Source of the DNA: a virus
Taxonomy: Duplodnaviria > Heunggongvirae > Uroviricota > Caudoviricetes
IMG/VR virus record: IMGVR_UViG_3300044673_000278
Span: 59,694 to 123,693 of that record
Strand: one strand, 5' to 3'
DNA length: 64,000 bases
Shown here: positions 9,720-18,892 of the stretch, in pieces
Layout of the letters: every line of letters starts with the position of its first letter
Position numbering within the stretch: the first letter of the stretch is position 1
Notes under the pieces: generated by a model
What the model saw: only the letters and a program-made list of their open reading frames with translations
Told to the model about the DNA's origin: nothing
Databases searched by the model: none
Position numbers and translations under genes: made by a program

Positions 9720-10786
9720 CGATATTGGAGATTGGTTATGGTACCGTTGTCAATCAAAACTGTGGCTGCTACAGTGCCCTGATACTGCAAAGGCAAGTAA
9801 CCTGCTCCACCGCTGACAATGAATATACCTGCCACTTGACTGTTGTCGCCCAAAGTGGTATAGGCCTGTGCACCAGCGCCATTGCCCAAAATTTGCAGTC
9901 GGGGTGGTGCAACATAACCTTGTCCAGGATTGGTCAGTGTGATAGCAGTGACCACACCGTCTGTGACAGTGGCATTGGCTGTGGCACCAAAACCTAGGCT
10001 GTTGTTGAATGCCAAACGAATCAAAGGATGAAATCCTTCTACGTTCAAATGCCAACGTTTGGTTTCGTTGAAGAACTCGTAGCTGGCAGTGACATCGTAC
10101 CAAACACCCAAATAATCCTGTGCTGCTTGAGCTTTGATTGTGCCAGTGTAGTGGTCCAGATCCATGCTGATGGTTGTGAGTTGCTGGCCATTGGTTGGAA
10201 GTTCGCTGCTGTAGAATTCTGTGTTCTGTGTGGTGTTCACAGGCTCAGGTTGCAGTGCCCAATCTGGCCAATTTGTGGGGCCGGGCTGTAGCTGCTGTGC
10301 TTTGCCATAAATGGTAGGAATGGTCAGCTCTTGGCTGGGCACAAACTCTGGGAATACTGAGTCCACAATGTTGCAGTTGCCGCGGGCACCCGAATTGTCG
10401 TCCACAAATGCCGATTGTACATAGCTGCCTGCTGTGCGCTGAATGCTGTAGCTGCCGGGCTGTGCAACGACTTCAATGGTATCTGCACTGTTGAGCACAA
10501 CTTTGACCCGCCCAGTGGTTGCACTGAGTATGTCCATGTTTTTTTCCAGGATCAGTCTGTCCCCAGTTTGGTTCAGCAATCTAAAAACAAAACTGGATCC
10601 AGTGATGTTTACAGGCTTTTGGTCCTGATTAATGAATTCAAAGAGTAACACATTGTCTACTCCTTTGTTGATAGTAAGTTGTTTGGCGTACACTGGATCG
10701 TACCTCGCTGTGAAATAGCCACCGCCGGTGTCCACTAATAACACCCGAGTGATTTGTTGATATAGATAAACGGTGGTAGAATACAT
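9716..10786 (-). CDS. Probable structural protein (BppU-like N-terminus, fibre-type C-terminal repeat)
   Basis: KGVDNVLLFEF..QDQKPVNITG; C-terminal GVVTAITLTNPGQGY...P motif; TAAATA upstream. Confidence 0.6.
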   Translation of the reverse strand: MYSTTVYLYQQITRVLLVDTGGGYFTARYDPVYAKQLTINKGVDNVLLFEFINQDQKPVNITGSSFVFRLLNQTGDRLILEKNMDILSATTGRVKVVLNSADTIEVVAQPGSYSIQRTAGSYVQSAFVDDNSGARGNCNIVDSVFPEFVPSQELTIPTIYGKAQQLQPGPTNWPDWALQPEPVNTTQNTEFYSSELPTNGQQLTTISMDLDHYTGTIKAQAAQDYLGVWYDVTASYEFFNETKRWHLNVEGFHPLIRLAFNNSLGFGATANATVTDGVVTAITLTNPGQGYVAPPRLQILGNGAGAQAYTTLGDNSQVAGIFIVSGGAGYLPLQYQGTVAATVLIDNGTITNLQYR

Positions 10787-10817
10787 CTACCTATTTATCC
10801 GATTATAAATACCTCCG

Positions 10818-11195
10818 ATGGGCAATAACTTATTTGAAAAGCTGACTGAAAAATACCCGTTTATAACGCTGTGCATATATGCCAACGTTGAATACATAGG
10901 TGTAGTACAAAACAGAGATGATGCTGTGACCACTATCTACGACTTTGGTGCAGTGCAAAGTCAGCAAGACAAGTTGGATTTCCTAGAACTGGCCAGTCAA
11001 TGGTGGTGGGAAAGCAACAGATCTATACCCATCAACATATTCTTACGCGGTGATTGGGACCGTTTCAAAGGCACCTTGCGTACCTTCTCAAACAAAGATC
11101 TTGAAATCTTACACGGGCCTATATGCAGCCTTCAAGACATAGCCCGCAAAAAATCTAAACGCAAATCAATTACGCTGGTTCGTCGCATGGACTGA
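10818..11195 (+). CDS. Hypothetical protein
   Basis: 125-aa ORF preceded by a perfect TATAAATA at 10804-10811. Confidence 0.75.
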   Translation: MGNNLFEKLTEKYPFITLCIYANVEYIGVVQNRDDAVTTIYDFGAVQSQQDKLDFLELASQWWWESNRSIPINIFLRGDWDRFKGTLRTFSNKDLEILHGPICSLQDIARKKSKRKSITLVRRMD

Positions 11196-11748
11196 GCAGA
11201 TTCATATGCAATGCCACAAGCCTTGCGTATGATACAGCATGTGACTTCTTGAACACAAATCCGCGGCTGGCATCTCCATCCCATACTGACGCAAATACTT
11301 CTGCCCAAGGCCTACGTTGCAAGTGTGCTTTGCCCGGACGAATAATACTGATAAATGCAGCCATTCTGGGAATAGAGTCGGGTCGCATTTGTTGCAGCAA
11401 ATCTGTGTAGTTTCCTACGTGTACCAATTGAGCAGCCCAGGCACTGTCAGTCCATAAACGCTGCCAATCGGGTGTTTGTGCTAGCACTTGTTCATAATGC
11501 TCAGGACTCTGCACCAAACTGTACACACTCATATTCAGCAAGTCGATTTTGAAATAGCCACGCTGTTCTGCTGTTTCATAGTCCAGTGCTGCACATCCAT
11601 GCACAGGATCTTGTGGTATGTCAGTGACATAGATGCCCGAGTTATGATGCCGCGGTCGTCCATTGACTTCTAGGCGTGCAGGTACATGGCGGATCAACGC
11701 CAGCAATTTATCCCTGTCGGGCATGTCGATGTCAATGTCTGCACTCAT
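11170..11748 (-). CDS. Miniature DNA polymerase III alpha (DnaE/C-family) catalytic-core protein
   Basis: Ordered DnaE motifs ADIDID, HNSGIYV, GYFKIDLL, ISIIRPG, FKKSHAVSYA within 192 aa. Confidence 0.85.
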   Translation of the reverse strand: MSADIDIDMPDRDKLLALIRHVPARLEVNGRPRHHNSGIYVTDIPQDPVHGCAALDYETAEQRGYFKIDLLNMSVYSLVQSPEHYEQVLAQTPDWQRLWTDSAWAAQLVHVGNYTDLLQQMRPDSIPRMAAFISIIRPGKAHLQRRPWAEVFASVWDGDASRGFVFKKSHAVSYARLVALHMNLLSPCDEPA

Positions 11749-12497
11749 AACTTTTCCAATTGAGGTATAATAATTTTTTCTGCAAAGGCTCTGTGTGCGT
11801 CCACTGAATAATGACCAATCAAGGGTTGATCCTTAAAATCGATAGGCTCAAATCCTTGCTGATGGCACCAAGTTGTAAAACTGAACTTTTCAAAGTCAAA
11901 AAAGTTTTCTTCGCTGAGCTGTGATTTAAAAAAGTCCAGTAAATATTCTTCTTTCAGTTCCTCAGACATTGGTCCTTGAAAAATTAAAAATTTAATATCC
12001 AACTGTTTCATCAAAGTCTGAAACATCACAAGATCACACATGAGATTTATGCGTTCTGCATACGGGCTGTAGTAGTATGCACGACCTTGATAGTATTTGT
12101 CAAGAAAATCATTTTGGTACTTGTTTGCAATCTGTTTTCCTCCCAACAACAAATCTCGCCAATTGTTTTTATGGGAAAACATGTGAGGACAAAAGTTAGA
12201 CTCTGCCGGATCGGCGTTTGTTACATCTTCGTGCCATAATTCAAACCTTAATTCAAAAGACAACGAAATCAATGCAATTATTTTTTGTTCCGGATTCAAC
12301 TGTCTTTGCTGAATTAGATCATGCACAGAAGTTCTGACGATGCGTCTATTACAGCTTCCCCTGATTGCATTATTAATCACAAACCCATTGAGATGCTGCC
12401 CAACCACGTGAGCATAGGTATTTTCTTTAAGCGCAGGAAAAAAATTTTGATCGCTGTAACTGTCACCGTTACAATAAACCAGCGGATGATCGTTCAT
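11745..12497 (-). CDS. SGNH/GDSL-like hydrolase or acyltransferase
   Basis: NGDSY, NNAIRGSCN and C-terminal GHYSVDAH. Confidence 0.6.
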   Translation of the reverse strand: MNDHPLVYCNGDSYSDQNFFPALKENTYAHVVGQHLNGFVINNAIRGSCNRRIVRTSVHDLIQQRQLNPEQKIIALISLSFELRFELWHEDVTNADPAESNFCPHMFSHKNNWRDLLLGGKQIANKYQNDFLDKYYQGRAYYYSPYAERINLMCDLVMFQTLMKQLDIKFLIFQGPMSEELKEEYLLDFFKSQLSEENFFDFEKFSFTTWCHQQGFEPIDFKDQPLIGHYSVDAHRAFAEKIIIPQLEKL

Positions 12498-12530
12498 TTT
12501 GTACACAGTTCTATAGTCATAACGGCACGT

Positions 12531-13670
12531 TCATGCTCTAGTAGGGAAATAATCTTGTCTGGTCCCGGTCCTATCCAGATCAGTGGTTACACAGTGTATG
12601 CCGCCATCCCAAAAATATCTGTGCCTAAGTGGAACCACATGCGGAGTCATTCCGTATCTCCCCAGCGCATCAAATACAGATTTGTTGTAGTTGAAAACTA
12701 TGACATTTTTTGGATCGACGATCAACATATTGACATCAAATACTGTTTCCTCCACATACCCTGTCCAATGCTTTAGCCATTGCTCTACCACGTTGATGAC
12801 ATCTTGATCGTGTTCAAAACCTGGTATCCACCAACGACCGTTGTTTTTCTGTTTTAAATGAAGAAAAGAACTAACTTTTTCCCAGCTCTGACTTGGTAGG
12901 TATACTACTTCCCATCCAGGGAACGTGTCTGCATATGTGGGCACGTCTTTAAGACTAATGATCAAGCCTGGCGCAACTGGACAGAATACACCATCGCTAT
13001 GACCTCCTGTATTGACTACATGATTTCTAGTGGTAGTGAACTCTGAGTCTATCAATTTCTGATACTGTTGTCTATCTTGAGTGTACGAATCTGTACCAAA
13101 ATACAAATCTTTACCAACCCTGGTTATTAAAGCTCCAGGTGCTGTACTGATCCGCTGATTGCTTACAATCTTATTTCCTGATTTTTCTATTGTATCAAAT
13201 ATTTTATCATAACTTGAATAAAATTTCTGAAATTTTGATAGATTGTGTAACTCGTTGCATTCATCTTGAATTCGCTGTGGCAACGAATTGAACTCTTCAA
13301 CAGAAGTACATTTTGGCCAAGACGGATCTTTGACTGCTTCGTAAAATTTCTCAATGTTCAGTTGATAACCTTTGTAAAAAACTTCGCCTATCATGATCAT
13401 GTGATCCCTGGGCGTCATTGGTGGAGGCAAATATTTGCCGCCTATAAAGATATCTTTGAACTCAGGAAGCTCGGGCCTCAAAACTCTAACGCCAAATTCT
13501 TCGAGCTTTTTAATTAATAGTTGATAGTCTTCTTCGGTTTCCTGTGCTATCTTCTCAAACAGTTTTCTTACATGTGGTTTAGTTATCCACTGATAGTATT
13601 CGGGTGGGTATGTTTGTCCTACCACACACAATTTTAAAGGATCCCAGTGCTGATATACGCTTAATGTCAT
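12531..13670 (-). CDS. Amidinotransferase (glycine/inosamine-phosphate amidinotransferase family)
   Basis: WDPLK.CVVG, TPRDH, HSDG, FDVNML, GGIHCVTTDL.R with catalytic His, Asp and Cys. Confidence 0.88.
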   Translation of the reverse strand: MTLSVYQHWDPLKLCVVGQTYPPEYYQWITKPHVRKLFEKIAQETEEDYQLLIKKLEEFGVRVLRPELPEFKDIFIGGKYLPPPMTPRDHMIMIGEVFYKGYQLNIEKFYEAVKDPSWPKCTSVEEFNSLPQRIQDECNELHNLSKFQKFYSSYDKIFDTIEKSGNKIVSNQRISTAPGALITRVGKDLYFGTDSYTQDRQQYQKLIDSEFTTTRNHVVNTGGHSDGVFCPVAPGLIISLKDVPTYADTFPGWEVVYLPSQSWEKVSSFLHLKQKNNGRWWIPGFEHDQDVINVVEQWLKHWTGYVEETVFDVNMLIVDPKNVIVFNYNKSVFDALGRYGMTPHVVPLRHRYFWDGGIHCVTTDLDRTGTRQDYFPTRA

Positions 13671-14020
13671 TTTGTATCAGTGTCGCACAATGCCACAGCA
13701 ATACGCACAGCATCTTCTGCACGATCACGAGCCAACAATGCATCAGCCACAGTGGGATGCTTTTTCGCCATCGCCAGCATGTGTTTTTCTTCTTCCATTT
13801 TGCGGCGTGCCCATTGCACAGTTTCCATGGTAAGCCCGTCAAGTTCGATTTGTGGATAGCTTGATTGCATGGGCAACCATGAGCTGCCGTCATACACTTC
13901 GAGATTGCTACCGGTGTAGCGAACCATGCCCGCACTGGGACGACTCATGTCAACATATGGTTGATTGTAGATATTGCCCGAAATGTGTATACCCGGCCCG
14001 CTTGTGATATTTCTAATCAT
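13667..14020 (-). CDS. Hypothetical protein
   Basis: 117-aa ORF in a tightly packed operon. Confidence 0.7.
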   Translation of the reverse strand: MIRNITSGPGIHISGNIYNQPYVDMSRPSAGMVRYTGSNLEVYDGSSWLPMQSSYPQIELDGLTMETVQWARRKMEEEKHMLAMAKKHPTVADALLARDRAEDAVRIAVALCDTDTK

Positions 14021-14021
14021 A

Positions 14022-14696
14022 TTACCATCCTGCTGTTGTTAGTATTTCTCTAGCATAGGCTAGATCTTCTGCACTGGAATCAAACTTGCTTTGCCACACA
14101 TCACTGTTGATGTAGGGCCACACAATCTGTAGTTGCTCTGAACTCAACTGTGTCAAGAACTCTTGTCCAGATTCTGAATTGTAAATTACCCAAGGACTGA
14201 TACGTCCTGTGGTAATAGCATGGCACGTACCGTTTGCACTGCCATATCTCAAACAATCCTGTGGCCTTGCAGCATTGCGTTCTGCCCAGTCTATGCTGTA
14301 TTCTACACTGCGAGCCAAGGCGTCTGCAACTGATTCGGCCTGCAAGTACCAAATCAAATACTCTGTGTAGATTCGATCACTGCACCATTGATCAATTTTC
14401 TTTTGGTTTTTCAGCAACCAATCGATCATTCTGGCCGGATTGATCACCACCGTGTCCACACAGTAACGTCCGAACTTTACAAATGCTCGGTAGTACGGAG
14501 ACTCAGCAAAGTCATCGTAAGTACGTGACTTGGTGCTTTTGTTCATGAGCCTGTAGAACTCAAGATATGCTTGAAACCCAATCTGAACTCCACGTTCGTG
14601 CTGTTGCATTCTACGCCGCTTGGGCTCGCACATGTGTGCAACAATGGTGCTTTCTCTAGCAAATGTTTTGTGACAGAACTCACACTGGTACGTCAT
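14022..14696 (-). CDS. Hypothetical protein with an N-terminal C2HC zinc finger
   Basis: CEFC...F......HMC; start reassigned to MTYQC. Confidence 0.7.
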   Translation of the reverse strand: MTYQCEFCHKTFARESTIVAHMCEPKRRRMQQHERGVQIGFQAYLEFYRLMNKSTKSRTYDDFAESPYYRAFVKFGRYCVDTVVINPARMIDWLLKNQKKIDQWCSDRIYTEYLIWYLQAESVADALARSVEYSIDWAERNAARPQDCLRYGSANGTCHAITTGRISPWVIYNSESGQEFLTQLSSEQLQIVWPYINSDVWQSKFDSSAEDLAYAREILTTAGW

Positions 14697-14697
14697 T

Positions 14698-15150
14698 TCA
14701 CTTGCGTTCTTGGCCTGCAGACTTAAAGTAAGCATCAATTTCTTTCTGTGATACCAACTGCATCATCACATCAATTTCATCGTCTTTGTAAGTGGGATAT
14801 ATTTCTTGCAGTGCTTTGCGCTTGGCACTGGCCCCGGCTTCTTTTTTCTTGGGCGGGATCCAGTTGTGCTTGGGTGTGCCCATGTCTGGACTCACTGTGG
14901 TTGCCAACAGCCATTGCAGCTTTTTGTGTGCGGCTGTGTTCACTGCAAAGAAGTGTTTGTTGAGTCGTTCGTTGGTAGAGATCACGTAAAACTCTTGCAG
15001 ATCACGTGAACCTTCCACAGCCGAACCCCAACGAATCATGAGATAGGGCGAAAACTTTTTGCGTTCTTCTTCTGTGAGTTCGTCGTAGAATCGTCGATTC
15101 TTGCGATCGAACTGTCGCATTTCGTTGCCGATGTTTAGTTTATCACTCAT
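14698..15150 (-). CDS. Putative clamp-loader small subunit (T4 gp62-like)
   Basis: Size and pattern (F.PYLM.RW.S...NE.LN...LQW...WI) reminiscent of gp62; similarity is weak. Confidence 0.5.
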   Translation of the reverse strand: MSDKLNIGNEMRQFDRKNRRFYDELTEEERKKFSPYLMIRWGSAVEGSRDLQEFYVISTNERLNKHFFAVNTAAHKKLQWLLATTVSPDMGTPKHNWIPPKKKEAGASAKRKALQEIYPTYKDDEIDVMMQLVSQKEIDAYFKSAGQERK

Positions 15151-15388
15151 TGGGTTTCTTTAGATTATACAACACAAACAGCTTGTCTAGCAACTCCCGC
15201 ATTTCCGGATCTGACTCACACATCTGCAATATATCATTCATTTCACTGGCGTATTCACGCATGGCCAGGCTAGTTGGGGTGTCAGTCCAGCCCACCAACT
15301 GACGCTTGGTCTCACCGAACTTACGAGCATATACTCTGTTGTCTACACGCTCATAAACATAGGTTGCGCCCGGAGTCAGTGTACCCAT
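15143..15388 (-). CDS. Hypothetical protein
   Basis: 81-aa ORF overlapping its neighbours. Confidence 0.7.
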   Translation of the reverse strand: MGTLTPGATYVYERVDNRVYARKFGETKRQLVGWTDTPTSLAMREYASEMNDILQMCESDPEMRELLDKLFVLYNLKKPNE

Positions 15389-15723
15389 TAGTGATTCCTT
15401 TTGCCGTCAAACACACAGTTAAACAACAAGTTCATTTCGCCGTCATTGATCACACGATGAAATGCACCGTCGGGAATTAGTATAACGTCACCAGCATTGA
15501 CTCTAAACTTTTCTTCGTCCACAATCATCATGCCTGTGCCTTGCACAAAGAAATAAACTTCTTCTTGTCCAGCATGACTGTGTCCGCGAGTGGCCTGACC
15601 TCGATACAGTTTGGTAGAACTCAGCACAAGATTTTTCAGTGTCTTGTTGTCTTTGAGCAAGTAGGTTTCGTTGTCTTTGACAACTTCGCCGCCGACGTCG
15701 TGTATAGTGTATTTGATATTCAT
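15388..15723 (-). CDS. Cupin-domain protein
   Basis: GHSH...EEVYFFVQGTG...GDVILIPDGAFH. Confidence 0.9.
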   Translation of the reverse strand: MNIKYTIHDVGGEVVKDNETYLLKDNKTLKNLVLSSTKLYRGQATRGHSHAGQEEVYFFVQGTGMMIVDEEKFRVNAGDVILIPDGAFHRVINDGEMNLLFNCVFDGKRNH

Positions 15724-15724
15724 G

Positions 15725-16225
15725 TTACCAGGCCTTGTTGTAATCTACAATTTCACAGTTGCGACTGACATCTTTGACAAAGTAAACACACGCAGGTTTA
15801 TCGCCGTCGTCAAGAGGTACAGCCAACATCTGTCCATTTTTTAACTTGGGTGCATACCAGTTTACTTCGTGATACACATCCAGGATCTCGATGTCTGGAA
15901 AACTGGGTCTAAAGCTCGAAAGAGGATTGAATTCAAATACCTTGAATCCTCGATCATTGATTGATGTCAATGGTAGCACTTCTAGGTCACCAATCTCAGG
16001 TTCACCAATTAAGATTTGCCAGTCCATAGGCATGCGGATTGTGTTGTGACCTATTCTCAGTACCAGTGCAGGAGATGTAAAGCTCTCTAAAAATATCAAG
16101 GGTATAAAGTGATAGTCCGGGTCTGCTGGATTGGAATTATCTAATATAGCAAAACGCATGTCATCTATTTCATCGGGCAAATGATCTAGATCATAATGTT
16201 GATTGTCTAAGGTTAATATACGCAT
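15725..16225 (-). CDS. Conserved hypothetical protein
   Basis: 166-aa ORF; TTGACA-17-TAAAAT promoter immediately upstream. Confidence 0.75.
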   Translation of the reverse strand: MRILTLDNQHYDLDHLPDEIDDMRFAILDNSNPADPDYHFIPLIFLESFTSPALVLRIGHNTIRMPMDWQILIGEPEIGDLEVLPLTSINDRGFKVFEFNPLSSFRPSFPDIEILDVYHEVNWYAPKLKNGQMLAVPLDDGDKPACVYFVKDVSRNCEIVDYNKAW

Positions 16226-16245
16226 ATGGTTTTATTTTACTTGGT

Positions 16246-16941
16246 TCATTTCACATTGTCAACAATTTTACGATGTATGTTGGCAGCAATGATCTCCTGA
16301 GTTGCTCGGTCAGTATGAAATGGGGAGTCGTAATCTCTGTTGGCAGCACTAAAATCGTATGCTGCTTGTCCAATGTCTGCATCTTTGAAATTCAATGGCA
16401 AGATTCCTGTGGCTTGAATTCGATTGTGCCAGTACTCAAAAACCCACTCGTCGCGTTGAGCACAAACTGAATCATTGTACATGTATTTGAGATATAGTTT
16501 AACTGCTTTGATCTGCTCAGCAGTTAAATTAAAAAATGGGTTGTTTTCAAGGTCTTGCCACACTGTACTGACTACCATACCTCCGTCGGTTTCTACATCG
16601 TCAAACGAGCCAACATACGGTGTGCCAGAGCTAGAGTAACAAGGATTGTAGTATATGAAGTTTTTTAGAGGAGCATGTTGATTATAAAATTTATCTTTTA
16701 AATATACCTCGACCCTGCTGCTCCAAGTTTTTCCATACACAATTACACTGGGATTGAGTTTCAAAGCCTGATCAATTTGAAACCAAATAGCAGTATTGCT
16801 CATGCCTCCGTGTGCAAGATTCGTTACTTCGTAACCGTACTGGTCTTCTAGTATCTGACTAAAATGAGCCCTGGGCCCAGTGGTCTGAATTGTTTGAACA
16901 GTGCTGGCACAAAAACTATCGCCGCATACAACGATCTTCAT
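16246..16941 (-). CDS. SGNH-like hydrolase or acyltransferase
   Basis: CGDSF, NLAHGGMSN, C-terminal DSPFHT. Confidence 0.6.
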   Translation of the reverse strand: MKIVVCGDSFCASTVQTIQTTGPRAHFSQILEDQYGYEVTNLAHGGMSNTAIWFQIDQALKLNPSVIVYGKTWSSRVEVYLKDKFYNQHAPLKNFIYYNPCYSSSGTPYVGSFDDVETDGGMVVSTVWQDLENNPFFNLTAEQIKAVKLYLKYMYNDSVCAQRDEWVFEYWHNRIQATGILPLNFKDADIGQAAYDFSAANRDYDSPFHTDRATQEIIAANIHRKIVDNVK

Positions 16942-18407
16942 GCCAGTTTCATCCACTCTAGTTTTTCAGCAGTAAACGGGTAGTTGGCTTCCTTGTAGTA
17001 GGCCTTGCGCTTGGTCAAATGGCGCTTGGCGAACTTGCATGTTGAAGTTATGTCCCAAATTTCTACGTGGTCTTTGTCCTCGGCTTTGCGGATACCACGA
17101 CCGATACTTTGAATAACCCGCACAAAACTCTTTCCTGGCTCCACCAGAACCAAGTTAAAGATCCTAGGTATGTTAATGCCCACAGCAGCCACACCGTATG
17201 TTGCCACAATGATTTTGTCTGTTGCTTCGGCCACTGATTCGTATTCTGTTTGCCTGTCTTTGGATTTGGTTGCGCCAGAAACAAACACTGCACGATCACC
17301 CAGTCGTTCAACCAAGGCGTGTCCAGCAGCTACACGATCCACCAAGACCAGGGTATTGCCAGTTTCGTTGACCTGTTGAATCAGTGCTGCCATTGCGTCC
17401 AACCTGCCAGACTCTTCCAACAGGTATTTTAACTCACTTTGATAGTCTTTGAACTCTACATGGTCCACCAACTGCACAATATTCACATGGCACTGTGCCA
17501 GTACACCTTGCTGTTGTAGTTCGTTGGCTGACAGTTTGCTAACAACAGGACCCAAGCTGACCAGCAGTGCTTGGCTTTCGAACTTCTCTTTGGGCACTGT
17601 GCCTGTGAGGCCCCAGCGAATTGGCACTCTCGCCATTACACCTGTGAGCAAGGTTTTTAGTGCATCAGCTTTGGCCATGTGTACTTCGTCAACCATGACG
17701 CATACTACATCTTCAATGAAGTCTTGTATGGTGATGTCTGCTACACCGTTCTTGGTATTCTTCATCAGCACGTTGAGGCTTTGCCATGTGCAGATGGTGT
17801 GTCTGTGCCCGTGTTCTTTTCTATCGCCAAAGTACACACCCACGTCCAGGCCAACGTTGCGATAGTCTTTTTCTGTTTGTCGCACAAGATCTTTGTTGGG
17901 CACAATCACTATGCTACGACCAAATGGCTCCACTGCGGCGCTCAGCGTGGCAGTCATGATTGTTTTGCCTGCACCCGTGGCCACTTCCTGAATGCTCTGT
18001 GGATTTTCCAAGAAGTTGTTGACAATCTCCACCTGATAGTCGCGCAACATAATAGGCTGTCCTTCTGCAGGATGCCCTTTGGGCCATGTCTTGTGTGCCC
18101 AGCTGTGTTCTGTTACTTGTGTAAATTCAAATGTGTTGCTGTAGTCTCGTTGATCATCTAAGTCAATGTCGTATCCCAACTGCTCTAGCACAGGAACGAT
18201 ATCCGGCAAGAGATTTGTAAAGGTACTTCCGCCCAGTTGGAAATAGCTGACTTTGCCGTCCCAGCGTCCTAGCCTCACAGCAGGAAGGTAACGTGCATAT
18301 GGCACATCGTATTTGAAAGCGTTTACTAAACGTTTGCGAGCGTCAAGATCCAATCCTTCGATTTTGATGTTAACCTCGTCCTTGATAACTATGGTTGCTT
18401 GTTTCAT
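16938..18407 (-). CDS. uvsW: SF2 DNA helicase UvsW
   Basis: LRDYQ, ATGAGKT, DEVH, LTGT, GINIP, QSIGRGIR; start reassigned to MKQAT. Confidence 0.93.
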   Translation of the reverse strand: MKQATIVIKDEVNIKIEGLDLDARKRLVNAFKYDVPYARYLPAVRLGRWDGKVSYFQLGGSTFTNLLPDIVPVLEQLGYDIDLDDQRDYSNTFEFTQVTEHSWAHKTWPKGHPAEGQPIMLRDYQVEIVNNFLENPQSIQEVATGAGKTIMTATLSAAVEPFGRSIVIVPNKDLVRQTEKDYRNVGLDVGVYFGDRKEHGHRHTICTWQSLNVLMKNTKNGVADITIQDFIEDVVCVMVDEVHMAKADALKTLLTGVMARVPIRWGLTGTVPKEKFESQALLVSLGPVVSKLSANELQQQGVLAQCHVNIVQLVDHVEFKDYQSELKYLLEESGRLDAMAALIQQVNETGNTLVLVDRVAAGHALVERLGDRAVFVSGATKSKDRQTEYESVAEATDKIIVATYGVAAVGINIPRIFNLVLVEPGKSFVRVIQSIGRGIRKAEDKDHVEIWDITSTCKFAKRHLTKRKAYYKEANYPFTAEKLEWMKLA

Positions 18408-18414
18408 TGATACA

Positions 18415-18443
18415 AGTATATAGTTATCTTGCACAAAAGTCAA
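18415..18443 (-). promoter_or_regulatory. sigma70 promoter of uvsW (leaderless)
   Basis: TTGACT-17 nt-TATACT-7 nt-ATG. Confidence 0.7.
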
Positions 18444-18467
18444 AAAAGCAGGCACCGAAGTGCCTGC
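18442..18467 (-). terminator. Intrinsic terminator with a cUUCGg loop
   Basis: GCAGGCAC-TTCG-GTGCCTGC-TTTTTT on the minus strand. Confidence 0.9.
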
Positions 18468-18513
18468 TGTAAAGCCCAGGGCCGGAGCCAACCGTTTGTT
18501 GCCCTGGGAAAAC

Positions 18514-18624
18514 TTAACTCATGTCCGCTACACGAACATCAAATCCTGACTCTGTGTATGTATCTGCTTCACTGGCGTCATCTACAGAAAACAAGAACAA
18601 ATCACCATCCCAAATCTCGTACAT
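18514..18624 (-). CDS. Small acidic hypothetical protein (36 aa)
   Basis: MYEIWDGDLFLFSVDD...; AAGGAG SD; below ORF-track cutoff. Confidence 0.6.
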   Translation of the reverse strand: MYEIWDGDLFLFSVDDASEADTYTESGFDVRVADMS

Positions 18625-18633
18625 ACTGTCTCC

Positions 18634-18786
18634 TTAAAAAATGGCATTTGCGGCGGCCGCAGCATTCCACGCACTGAAAAAAATATTCATCCAGCCTAGC
18701 TTGTTGTTGCCGGCTTCAAAGTCTCGTTCAGCCCATTTCCACATCAGCCAAGCAAGAAAAATATTGATCACAACCCAAAAGCTCAT
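18634..18786 (-). CDS. Small membrane protein (50 aa)
   Basis: MSFWVVINIFLAWLMWKW...; ATGA overlap. Confidence 0.6.
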   Translation of the reverse strand: MSFWVVINIFLAWLMWKWAERDFEAGNNKLGWMNIFFSAWNAAAAANAIF

Positions 18787-18890
18787 GCCATCACCGCAAT
18801 CAAAAAGATAAAAAACGCTGCCACAGGATAGCCAAACAACAGGGCCATCATTGCTAGTATGGTTCCAAAGAAAGCCTTGTCACTGCTCAT
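18783..18890 (-). CDS. Small membrane protein (35 aa)
   Basis: MSSDKAFFGTILAMMALLFGYPVAAFFIFLIAVMA. Confidence 0.6.
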   Translation of the reverse strand: MSSDKAFFGTILAMMALLFGYPVAAFFIFLIAVMA

Positions 18891-18892
18891 AA

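Noticed and set aside
11170-11748. Interpreting mini-dnaE as a pseudogene
   Set aside because: Uninterrupted frame, translational coupling and retention of catalytic motifs despite large internal deletions argue for selection
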